Below are positions 1 through 12,536 of a stretch of 64,000 bases of DNA, in pieces. The notes under the pieces were generated by a model. It was not told where the DNA came from. It did no database searches and saw only the letters and a list, made by a program, of their open reading frames with translations. The DNA is from the human T2T-CHM13v2.0 reference genome, Homo sapiens. The stretch lies in assembly GCF_009914755.1 (NCBI RefSeq), contig NC_060931.1, one strand, 5' to 3'. Each line of letters opens with the position of its first letter. Position 1 is the first letter of the stretch. The translations under genes and the position numbers were made by a program.

Positions 1-880
1 AAAGAGATATTTTACTGAGTAAGATATACAGAAGGCAAATAAGCACATATGATTTTCAACATTATTAACTGTTAGGAAAATGAAAAGAAAAACCATCAGA
101 AAGACTAGAGTAAAAATGGCTGACAATTCCAAATGTTGATGAGGATGAAGAAAAACTGGATCATTCATCCATTTCTGGGAGAAATGTAAAACAATGCAAC
201 CACTCTGGAAAATGGCTTGGCACTTTCCTGAAACAACAAACAAAAAACCCCAAGACCTAATCAAGCAACTACCAGCAGTTGTATCCCTGAGCATTTATCC
301 CAATGAAATGAACACAATGTTCACACAAAAAGCTGTACATGAACATTTGTGGCAGCTTTATTAATTATAGCCTGAAACCAGAAATAATCCAGATGTCCTT
401 CAACATGAGTATGGTTAAACAAAAGGTATGTACAACAGAGTATTTCTTAGCAATAAAAAGAAATGTAGTATTGACATACATGAAAACCTAAATGAATCTT
501 CATGAAATTATGCTGAGTGAAAAAAGCCAACCCCAAAAGGGATATACTGCATGATTTCATTTATAGATCATTCTTAAAATGCCAAAATTATAGATATGGA
601 GAACTGATAGTGACTACCAGAGGTTATGGAGAGGATGGGGCAGGACAGAATTGGGTTGGGTGTGGCTCTGAAAGAATATCAGCATTAGGTTTTCTTGTGG
701 TGATGGAAATGTTCTGTATCTTTAATATATCAATGCCAATATCTTGGTTATGATATTTTAGTATAGCTTTGCAAGATGTTACCATTGATGAAAATTGGAT
801 AAAGGGCACAAGGGATACTTCTGTATTATTTCGTAAAATAATGCATGAATCCACAATGATCTGAAAATACAAAGTTTAAT
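1..880 (+). mobile_element. Old LINE-1 (L1M-type) 3' end
   Basis: L1 ORF2-end/3'UTR signatures (caaatgttgatgaggatg...; atgttcacacaaaa; tatgctgagtgaaaaaagcc). Confidence 0.8.
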
Positions 881-3683
881 TGACAATAAAATTTGAAGAG
901 GTGTAGAAATTTCATACTTTCACAAAATTAAGGATTTTGGATGATCTTGATTCTTTTTTATTTTATTTTTGCAATAGCCAGTAATACTCCTTTTACCAAC
1001 ATTATGCAGATTTGCAGTTTTCAATATGTCTATGTGATGCTACTATAATTGGACTTTAAATTGTACCATAAGAAATGTACTAGCTTCTCTGACTTTTTGG
1101 AATGACCTAAGACTTCAGTGAAGATGTTAGAGGAGAGAGGAATGGAGGAAAACAGCTTTCCACAGGGAGAAGAAGGGCAGAAGAGAGGCCCTGCCCTTGA
1201 GAAATGGGAGTGGTGACAACAATTAACATTCTAAGACTCCTAAGGGGAATCCGTCCACTCTACATTGTCAATGGAGCTGCTGCCAAGCTTTGTTAGGCCT
1301 GTGTTCTAGCTGTTTTCAGAGCTCTTGTCAACTTCCTCCCAGCAGTGTTTCTCATAATCACAATTAATCCTCAGTGATTTATGAGTTCAGGAGCCCAAGG
1401 AATTTGGGATATCTAATCTACATGGTCTATCACTTTGTTGGAGGAAGGCTAAAAGCCAACTTAAACCTGGACTGAAGTAGGCATGTCTGTTTTGTCAGGC
1501 ACTGATTAATGTTAGAGAGGCTTCCACAGGATGTGGGATTGTAGGTTTAGAAGGGAATGAAATAGAAATAATTTGACTTCTTAGGGACTTTGGATTAGGA
1601 GTATGGGACATGGCTGGTAAAAATCCTCTCATCCTAAGTATTATAGCAAATGTAAAATAACTGCTTTGCAGAAGCTTGAGACTTGGGTACATTTTATTTT
1701 CAACAGACTTCTCAATTTTGATATTTAGTACTAACCTAGAGAGAGAATAATACTTAGAGAATCCCAGAAGTATAAAATTTTTATTTAGGTATTGATATTG
1801 ATTAGCAGGTGGTAGGAATATTAGTATAGTACATTTCCAAGTAAGATAAATTGCCAATTGCTTTAAAGCTTCCTGTTTCAATTTATTTCCCTAAGGGTTT
1901 CATCTACACAAAATTATGATTTTCCTTTTAATAACAGAAAAATGGAAATGTAAGTTGATTAACAGTTTATTCAAAGAACTTTGGCACTCAGAGAGTGACC
2001 TAGAGCTAGAATTTAGGTCTCCTAAATCTTATTCTAGGGTTGGTTTCCCTAGAATTGGCTGTACGGATTGCACTATGAAGACTTGCTAACGGAAAGAATT
2101 ATACTTTATACCGCAAAAGAATGCACTATTCTTAGCTACAGGTGGCAAGAGATATAAAGAAGGTGAACGTTTACACAATAAGACCATAGTAAAATATGCT
2201 ATTAAAAGTGAACATCAGGGTTGCACGTATTTTAGAAGCAGGATCTAAATAATTGGACTCCGATATGTGAAAAGTCAGATAACCAAACCAGACTGGAAGA
2301 GGATAACAAGATCCCAAAGAGGAAAAAAAATTGTTCTTCCAGGATGTCAAACCTATCTTTGAGATATTCATCATCCAAAGGGTCCTGGGGTTCTCTTTTT
2401 CCAAATATTAGGATAATGCAAATATTCCTGCTCATGGTGGACGCACACTGTGTTTACATCAGTCAACCCTTCAAACATGAGTCAGAGAAATCTTTCTCTA
2501 AATGAAGGTGCCATTTCTATTGACAGCTCAACTTCGTAAAGGTATGACTTTGAGTTGTTTTGACTAGTAGAAAGAAACATTTGCCCTTTTTTGCTCTGTT
2601 TCTGTATTTAGGCTTTCACTTGTCCTAGCCAAGATTATTTAGATCCCCAATACGGAAGGTCAAATATGTTAAATGCTAAATAATTAGATTCTCTTGATTT
2701 ACACAAAAAACCATAACTAACTAAAATAGAAACTTTTAATTATCTGTATTGTTGTATAAAATGTTTTATATATTAGGAATCTAAAAATTTGTTTTTTGCT
2801 TGTATCCTCTGTCATAGGAAGAAGACATCATGTCTCTGTTTACTGTAACCATTAATAAAGGCTAATAACAGACAGTACATGATGATACTTTTAACTAGGG
2901 CAAACAAAAGTAATATTTTAACAATGAGGTTTGGTCTTTGCTATCTATACCTCATGTCTAATTTTCCCTACAATGTAAATGTCATTCCTCCTCTCTACCC
3001 ATTTGTAAGGGTCTCAGTTTTCTGCTCTTGCATGACTTATTTTAAAGGGTCACAATAAGGCCAGGTAATTCATATTTTAAAAATTCCATTTAGAATAATT
3101 ACATCTAAAAATTCACAAGAAAGACAATTTCAATATAAAATAATAAATTACTAATATTGGAATTTCAAGCATTAGTCATGGCAAAAAAGAGATAATTTGT
3201 AGCAGAATATTTTAATGGCAACTTTCTTATTCTATCACTTATTGTGTTCTATTTGTTATGACCAAAGAAATTACTCTATATCCACTACAATTCATAAAAC
3301 AGGCATGAGGAAGTCTTTTTTTCTTGGTGCTCATGTCTAAGAAGATGAACCTCAGAGGTATGTCATTTTTCAATACTATGTTCTGAACAGACAGCACACA
3401 TTATTTTTGAATGGACAACAAAATCTCAAAACATATATAGAGAGGTATGGTTTGAGGTGTGTCCAGTATGAGGATAATATGACCCAGCGGATGTAAAATT
3501 GGATTTTATTATTAAAGGAAAATGGGGTGTCTTCAAAAAGATAAAACAGCGGGAGTTGGGATGAGTACTGAGAAAAGAGCACAAAAACAGGCTTGTAGAG
3601 GAGGAAGATCTCAACAGAGCTGACTCTTATCTGTGCTCACATTCAAAACTGACTTTTGAACAAAAGCTGCATCCTTTGCCCTA

Positions 3684-3845
<162 letters not shown>

Positions 3846-6800
3846 GGAGAAATAGAAAATATGATTCAAGGCTCTGTTTCTTATCCCCCTTAAGGCTAGG
3901 GGAATGAGAAATATAAAGGTGAAAATTTACACAATAAGACCATAATAAACTATGTTACCAAAGGTGAATGTCAGAGATGCACATATTTGAGAAACTGGGT
4001 CTAGATAATTGGACTCAGATGTGTGAAAAGTCAGGTAACCAAACCAGAATTCTTTGCACAGAGAAAAATGGATCAAATGTTCTCAAAAATCTATCTTTTT
4101 TGATGTTGTCTTTCACTGATGTTGATATCAATGAGAAACAGGTTTTGGGATAGTTTCAGATCCCCTGAAACACTGGAGTAGACCAGGCTTTAGACTTCTG
4201 ACACCAAGTGTTTGGATATGCAGAACACCATCTAGCAAGTATTTCATTCTTCATTCTGAAGACAGATTAGGAATCCAGCTCTATTTAGCTGAAAGCTGAG
4301 TCCAAGATAATGAGGAGATGGTGTTAACTGCAGGTGTGTCAAAATCATCTAACACATTTCCTCCTCCATTTATCTTTATAAATGCAGACACTATTTCTAT
4401 TTTTTTTATCTGCCATGAATCTAAGAAGGGCTCTATGGCTAAAAACCAGGAATATTTGGATATCAGTTATTTTAGGTTTAAATTATTTTAAAATCAAGGC
4501 AATGCTAAATATAGTCTGATGGATTAAAAATAATTAGCTGACATACTTGTGAATGGTATTTAGCATTAGAGGGATATTTTAGTGAAAACTTTGCTCTAAA
4601 CACATCATGATAATAAATGCTACAACTAATAAAATAAAAGATAGGATAGGACCTATTATCAAGAATTTGGACACTCCTCTGTCCAGAATATACTTAGCCC
4701 TGTAGTCAGACATCGTAAGATATGTTTGTACATGATTATAATTTAGGTATGAATATATTTTAGGATAATCAGTTTGGTTTACAGTGTAAGGTGGTTTGGA
4801 GTGGGCCCAGGGCAAATCAGTGAGACTCATAAGCAGGTGATTGTATTTCATCAGATGGGAAGTGATGAGGCATGTGGGCATGTGTTAAGGCATTAGCAGT
4901 GTGAATGAAAACTAAGGATAGATGGGAGGTATGTAACACAAGAATACAAGAAGCTGATATATTCCAAGGAGGGGCAAGAAAGAGAAAAATTAAACATGAT
5001 ACATTGGGAGAGTGGAAGAATTTTAGTTCCATTGATAGAAATAAGGGAGTCAGGTGCTTGTAGAGATGTGAGTTGAGTCTATGGTGAAATATTTAGAATA
5101 CATTCATTAAGCTGTTGAAGGAGGCAACTGAACCTTTGGAGAGAAGTATAGGAGATAAATATAGAATTGAGATTGGGCCATATAAAGTTGATAAGAATTA
5201 TTATAGTTAAGATAAGTCCTTCAAAGAAAAGCTATAGAAAGGAGAGAGCAAGTTCTGAGCACAGAAACTTAGAAAATACTTACAGCGATGGAATAAGAAA
5301 AATTTGAAATAATTATCCAGGAATACAGAAAAAAAATAAGTTTGGAATAAAATCAGGACAGAAGAGTTTCACAGAGTTGAGAGTTTTAAGAAACAAGTAG
5401 TTAAATGTGTTAAAAGACAAACAATGAAGGTAGAATAAAAGTCTCTGGATATGATTTTTAGAAAGCTACAAGTGACCTCTAAGAGTGCAATTTCTATAGA
5501 TTAGTGAAGGTGGAAATTAGATTTTCAGGGCCTAAAGAATGAATGTTATGAGGAAATAAACCCAACAAGTGGATACCAATCCTTTGGGAATGCTGGATGT
5601 GAAAGAAAAGAGAGAATTAAAATGATAATTATGTAGCAAAAGGTCTTCTCCCCAAAAGAACTGTATAGTTTTTATAATGAGCAAGTGGGAGCTGATCAAG
5701 AGCAAGATAAACCAGAGGATGCTAGGAGGGGGAATAATGAAAGAATATGCTATGAAAGTTATCAAGGGCATGAAATGAAAGGTCAACCAATTATCATCAG
5801 TAAATGATGAGCACTAAAGTGATTCAGTCATTAGTGTAGCAACTTTAGATCTTCAGTGCATTAGATTTCACCAACATATCTTTCAATTAACCAATATTTA
5901 TCCATATTTTACAGATGAAGAAATATGAAGTGCGTAAAGGCTAAGTAGCTTGTTCCAGGTCTCAAGAAGCAGAAAGGGATGTGGATTGTTTGGCTTTGAG
6001 GCTCATGCTTTTTCTAGGATGTGATGCTGTCAATCAGTCATAGTGAGACAAAGGCTGTAGTAGAGAGATGTGCAGAGTGGGTGAGAAGAGCATATGAGTC
6101 ATGGGCTTGCATGTTCTCCAGGCAGCTGTCATAGTGCAGCAGAGGAACAAATTTTGTGATAACAATTTGTTCTGTGTCTTTCACTCCACTTGCCAGGTCA
6201 GCTCTTTGAGGACAGGGAAATGTAATATTCACCTTGAAATCTCAGCATCTAGTAAAAATGGCACTTCATAGTTGTTTGCCAAATTAATTGAAAATGAAAT
6301 ACCTGCTGTGGAGGCAGATCTGCTATATAGTCAACAAAGGTTTCCAGATGTGTTTTTTCTTTTATGCTAGAAAGCTTAAGCAGCCATTTTCCTACCATCT
6401 TTTTTCTGAGACCATATGCAAAGGCTTTCTTAGAAAAATAAAAAGAGTGAGTAGGAATAAACAGAACAATAGAAAAATAAAAATAACAAGATATATTTAC
6501 CACTCCCCTTCCTCTTTTGCCAAAGATTGAAAGAGCCTAAATCCTCAGTAAGACCCAAAGTTCCCAGGAACTTCAAATAGTATAAGTTACCTCCAAGACT
6601 TTAAATATATTAACAGTTTTGCTTCCTTTTTCAAAAAGTCTGAACTTGAGGGGATGTAAGGGGAAAACTTGTTTGTTACTTTGTCTCCCCCAGAGTAGAG
6701 GTCATATTACCACTAATACCTGTACTGCTAGAGTACTACTACCTAACATACCTTTCACCAACATACCTTTCAATTAACCAATATTCATCCATATTTTACA

Positions 6801-7140
6801 GATAAAGAAATATGAAGTGCATAAAGGCTAAGTAGCTTGTTCCAGGTCTCAAGAAGCAGAAAGGGTTGTGGATTGTTTGGCTCTGAGGCTCAGTTTATGA
6901 AGAGGTTTCTCCATGAGTTATCTATATTTGAGCTTACATATCCTAGTGAGTTATGTAATATTATCCCATTTTGAATATAAAAAATTAAGTTTATAACCCA
7001 AATCACACACCTGGTAAGTCATAAGAAACAAGATTCACATCCAGATTCTCTAATACTCTATCTTTCCGTTGTTACTATACCTCTGTCTCTTCAGAATCTT
7101 TTTTGGTAATTTATTTATACATTTCATCATGTTTGATGTA

Positions 7141-7197
7141 GTAGATATATGCAGGGTAGATATATATGCAGGGTAGATATATATGCAAGGTAGATAT
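7141..7197. repeat. Short tandem repeat, about 3 copies of ATATATGCAGGGTAGAT(AT)
   Basis: Seen directly in the sequence. Confidence 0.85.
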
Positions 7198-7539
7198 TTG
7201 AACCATGTTTATATTCATTGTTTACCATTTTACCTACCATCCTTCCTCGCCTGGATACTGTACAGAAGGATGTTCAGTGCGCATTTGAAAAGAAGCTGTA
7301 TTCTGCTGCTGTTGGATGGAATGCTCTGTATATGTTTGTTAGGTCTATTTGGTCTAAAGTGTTTTTCATGTCTAATGTTTCCTCATTAATTTTCTGTCTA
7401 AATGATTCTTCCATTGTTGAACCTAGTGTATTGAAGTCCCCTACTGTTATTGTGTTGCCGTCTATCTCTCACTTCAGATCCTTTAATATTTGTTTTATTT
7501 ATTTAAGTGCTCCAATGTTGGCTGCATATATATTTATAA

Positions 7540-7892
<353 letters not shown>

Positions 7893-8376
7893 TTCTTTTT
7901 TTTATAGTTTTGACTTAAAATCTGTTCTTCTCATATATGTATAGCTACCCTCGCTGTATTTTGTTTTCTATTTGTGTGGATTATCTTTTCTCATCTCTTC
8001 CCTTTCAGTCCATGTGTATCCTTAAAAGTGAGCAGAGTCTCTTGTAGGCAGCGTATAGTTGAGTCTTCTTTTTTTTTTTTAATCCATTCAGCTACTCTAT
8101 GTCTTTTTTATTAGAGAATTTAGTCCATTTTCATTTGAAGTAATTATTGATAGGTATGACTTACTACTACCATTTGTTAATTGTTTTCTGGTTTTTGTTT
8201 TTTTCTGGTTCTACTTTTTTTTTTTTTCTTCCTCTCTCTCTTGCTGTCTTCCTTTGTGGTTTGATGATTTTCTGTAGTGGTATGTTTTGAATCAATTCTA
8301 TTTTTGTTTTGTGCTTTGACTAAATATTTTTGCTTTGTGGTTACCAAGATGCTTACATAAAATATCTTACAGTTAA

Positions 8377-8847
<471 letters not shown>

Positions 8848-11529
8848 TAGTAATTTTGTCTTTTAATACTTGTACTAGGGATATAATTGCTTTATACACC
8901 ATCATTACAGTCCTAGAGTATTCTGAGTACGGCTCTGTTTTACTTATATTACTGAATTTTCTATTTTTGTAAGTTATATGTTATTAATTAGTAATATTTT
9001 GCTTCAGATTGAATAACTTTCTTTAATAATTCTTATAAGGCAGACCTAGTGGTGATGAGCTCCCTTAGCCTTTGTTTGTCTGGGAAAGTTTTTATTTCTT
9101 TTTTATTTCTGAAATGCAGGTATTTCTGGGTAAAGTATTTTTGATTGGCAAGTTTTTTACTTTCAGCATTTTGACTATATCATCCCAATCTTTCCTGGCC
9201 TGCAGGATTTCTGCTGAGAAATCGGCTAAGAGTTGTATTGAAACTCCTTTTTATGTGATGTGTTTCTTATCTCTTGATCCTCTTAGAATCCTTTTCTTTT
9301 TGTCTTTGAGTTTCAATAGTTTGATTATTATGTGTTTTGCTGAACTCCTTTTTGGGTTGAATTTGATTGGAGATCTTTGAACTTCTTGTGCCTGGATGTT
9401 GGTTTCTGTCTCCAGATTAGGGAATTTTTCAGCCATTATTTCTTTAAATATGGTTTTTGCCCCTTTTTCTCCTTCTCCTCCTTCTGCAACTCCTATTATA
9501 TAAAGGATTGGTCTCCCATAATTCCTACAGGCTTTCTTCGTTCTTTTTCATTCTTTTGTCTGTTTGCCCCTCTGACTGGATAATTTCAAATGTTCTTTCA
9601 GCTCACTGATATTTCTTCTGCTTGAGTCTGCCATTGAAACTTTTAATTGAATTTTTCAATCCAGTCTTTTTATTCTTCATCTCTAGGATTTCTATTTGGT
9701 TCTTTTTTATTGTTTCTATTTATTTGTAAAACTCCTCATCTTGTTTGTGTATTTTTTTCCAAATTTTTTAAAATTTCTATTGGTACTTTTTTTTAACTTA
9801 AGAGGATTATTCTGAATTTTTTGTCACCCCATAAATCTCCATTTCTTTAGGGTCCATTATTAGCCCTTTATTAGTTTCTTTTGGAGGTGTCATAACTCCC
9901 CAGTGCTTTGTAATCCTTGTGTCTTTGCATTGTTATCTTTTCATTTGAAGAGATACCCCCTCCTTCTGGCCTTTACAGGTGTTCTTTGGCAGGGCTAGAC
10001 CTATACTATTTAGTGTAGCCTGTAATTCTTCAAGGGCCAGCTGGTAATGGCCCTGGGCAAGCAAAGCTAACTGTGGATTTTCTACCTGCCTGGGATGCTG
10101 TCTTTGCTCTGATATTGGCTGGGGCTATTGACTGGGCCCTGCTGTCTGGCAAGACCACTGGCTGAGCTCTGTTATCACACAGAGCTACTGACTGCGTACT
10201 GCAATGGCTTCTGGTCAGACTAGTCACAGAATTTATTCCCTGGCTGGAAAATTATGCTTTCTGGGATTTGCAGTTGGGCAGGGCTGTAGGCTGAACTCCA
10301 AAGTTAGGAGAAGTTGCTGCTTAGAATGATTGAGGCCAGAGGCTACACTCAGAAAAACACAATTGATGGTTGCTTCCCTGTTAAGGTGGAGCTTCCTTGT
10401 AGGGTTTCTTCCCTTTAAGATGGGCTTTTGGCTGAATTGAGTTTGACTTCCCAGGTCAAACAGTTCTAGCCCTCATGCTTCTCTGAAAGGCATGTAGATG
10501 TCCTTGATGGGGCCTTTTAGCTGAGTAGAGCCATGGATTGACTTCCTGGGTTAAGCAGGTCTACCTCATGTGTGTTTCTGAAATGGGTGGAGGTGTGTAT
10601 CTCCTTGTCTTGGCAGAGGTCACTGGTGTGGGCTCTGAGACTGGACATGGGGACTAGCTATCTAAGGCCTCAAGCTAGGTTGTACTTCCCACCATGCTTC
10701 TGAAGATGACCAGCTTAGCTTTGTAAATGAACTATGAAGTTGACTAGTGTCTCAGATTGGGCACCACAGCTAGCAAGAACACAGAGGTAATGCCATGATC
10801 TGTGTGCTGGTCACTAAGACCTCTGCCTCCTTTCTTTGTTTTTACTTGACACCAGGTAGTCTAGCTATGCTGTTACCCCCAGTGTTCTCCATGAGATAAG
10901 CCCAGAGTGGGATTTCTGAGAAGCATCTTGGAAAACTAGAGATGCTGAATGACTGCCTCTAGTTTTCCTTTCCTCCTGTAAAAACCATGGGCCCAGGAAA
11001 ACCCTCTTTGTCTGGTGTTGTGTTGACTTTGGCAGGAGGCAAGGTGGCAGGGTTGAAGTGAAACTATGCTTCTTAGCCTTCTAATTCAATTTTCATTCCA
11101 CGTACCTTGTGGTTGTCTCATGTTAGTGTCCAAGTAGTGGAGTTTTAAAAGAGATATTCTGGTCTGGGGATAGTTGCTAGTTGAATGTTCTGTGGAGAAG
11201 AGTAGAGCCTGGGACTTTCTATTCTTCCTTTTTGCTGACATCATCAGAAAACAAACTCCCTGCCCTGGATACTGAGGTAAGCTAGTAAAGAGGTAAAGCT
11301 TCCAAAAATTGCACTGCATTATCTACAGGCTTTAACTGGCTTATTTGAGTCCACATCATGTCCTTATGAAAGCACTACTGTCTCTCTAATGCAAAGTAAA
11401 TATAGTGTATGTTGGAAACAAGCCTGTCATCTTGGCCTTGTGAATTATCTAAAATATTTGGCCAAGGCTGGAATGTCGTATACAGTATGCATTCCTAAGA
11501 AGTTATTCTTATGATTCTTTGATTCAACA

Positions 11530-11559
11530 GCTTCTGTTTTTTTCTGACTCTTTCTACAG
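11530..11559 (+). promoter_or_regulatory. Splice acceptor for the OR2F2 coding exon
   Basis: Polypyrimidine tract cttctgtttttttctgactctttctaCAG ending at 11559, 23 nt before the ATG; conserved in the OR2F1 paralog. Confidence 0.7.
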
Positions 11560-11582
11560 ATTAATATTCCTCACATTTTTAA

Positions 11583-12536
11583 ATGGAAATAGATAACCAG
11601 ACGTGGGTGAGAGAATTTATTCTCCTTGGCTTATCCAGTGACTGGTGCACTCAGATATCCCTGTTTTCCCTGTTCTTGGTCACATACCTCATGACAGTGC
11701 TGGGGAACTGTCTCATTGTCCTTCTGATCAGACTGGACAGCCGACTCCACACTCCCATGTATTTCTTTCTCACCAACCTCTCCCTTGTCGATGTCTCCTA
11801 TGCCACAAGCGTAGTCCCCCAGCTGCTGGCACATTTTCTTGCAGAACATAAAGCCATCCCATTCCAGAGCTGTGCAGCCCAGTTATTTTTCTCCCTGGCC
11901 TTGGGTGGGATTGAGTTTGTTCTCCTGGCAGTGATGGCCTATGACCGCCATGTGGCTGTGTCTGACCGCCTGCGATACTCGGCCATCATGCATGGAGGGC
12001 TGTGTGCTAGGTTGGCCATCACATCCTGGGTCAGTGGCTCCATCAACTCTCTTGTGCAGACTGCTATCACCTTTCAGCTGCCCATGTGCACTAACAAGTT
12101 TATTGATCACATATCCTGTGAACTCCTAGCTGTGGTCAGGCTGGCTTGTGTGGACACCTCCTCCAATGAGGCTGCCATCATGGTGTCTAGCATTGTTCTT
12201 CTGATGACACCTTTCTGCCTGGTTCTGTTGTCCTACATCCGGATCATCTCCACCATCCTAAAGATCCAGTCCAGAGAAGGAAGAAAGAAAGCCTTCCACA
12301 CGTGTGCCTCTCACCTCACGGTGGTTGCCCTGTGCTACGGCACAACGATTTTCACTTACATCCAGCCCCACTCTGGTCCCTCAGTCCTTCAAGAGAAGCT
12401 GATCTCTGTCTTCTATGCCATTGTTATGCCTCTGCTGAACCCTGTGATTTATAGTCTAAGGAATAAAGAGGTGAAGGGGGCCTGGCATAAACTATTAGAG
12501 AAATTCTCTGGGTTAACATCCAAGCTGGGAACTTGA
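11583..12536 (+). CDS. OR2F2: Olfactory receptor family 2 subfamily F member 2 (317 aa, 7TM GPCR)
   Basis: Intact 317-aa ORF with OR motifs: N-glycosylation NQT, GNCLIV, LHTPMYFFLTNLS, MAYDR(H)VAV, KAFHTCASHL, PLLNPVIYSLRNKEVKGA. The N-terminus MEIDNQTWVREF matches my recollection of OR2F2. Confidence 0.95.
   Translation: MEIDNQTWVREFILLGLSSDWCTQISLFSLFLVTYLMTVLGNCLIVLLIRLDSRLHTPMYFFLTNLSLVDVSYATSVVPQLLAHFLAEHKAIPFQSCAAQLFFSLALGGIEFVLLAVMAYDRHVAVSDRLRYSAIMHGGLCARLAITSWVSGSINSLVQTAITFQLPMCTNKFIDHISCELLAVVRLACVDTSSNEAAIMVSSIVLLMTPFCLVLLSYIRIISTILKIQSREGRKKAFHTCASHLTVVALCYGTTIFTYIQPHSGPSVLQEKLISVFYAIVMPLLNPVIYSLRNKEVKGAWHKLLEKFSGLTSKLGT

Noticed and set aside
11631-12129. Antisense and alternative-frame ORFs conserved between the two OR2F genes (also 36322-36871)
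   Set aside because: They are shadows of near-identical OR coding DNA, with no independent evidence of coding.
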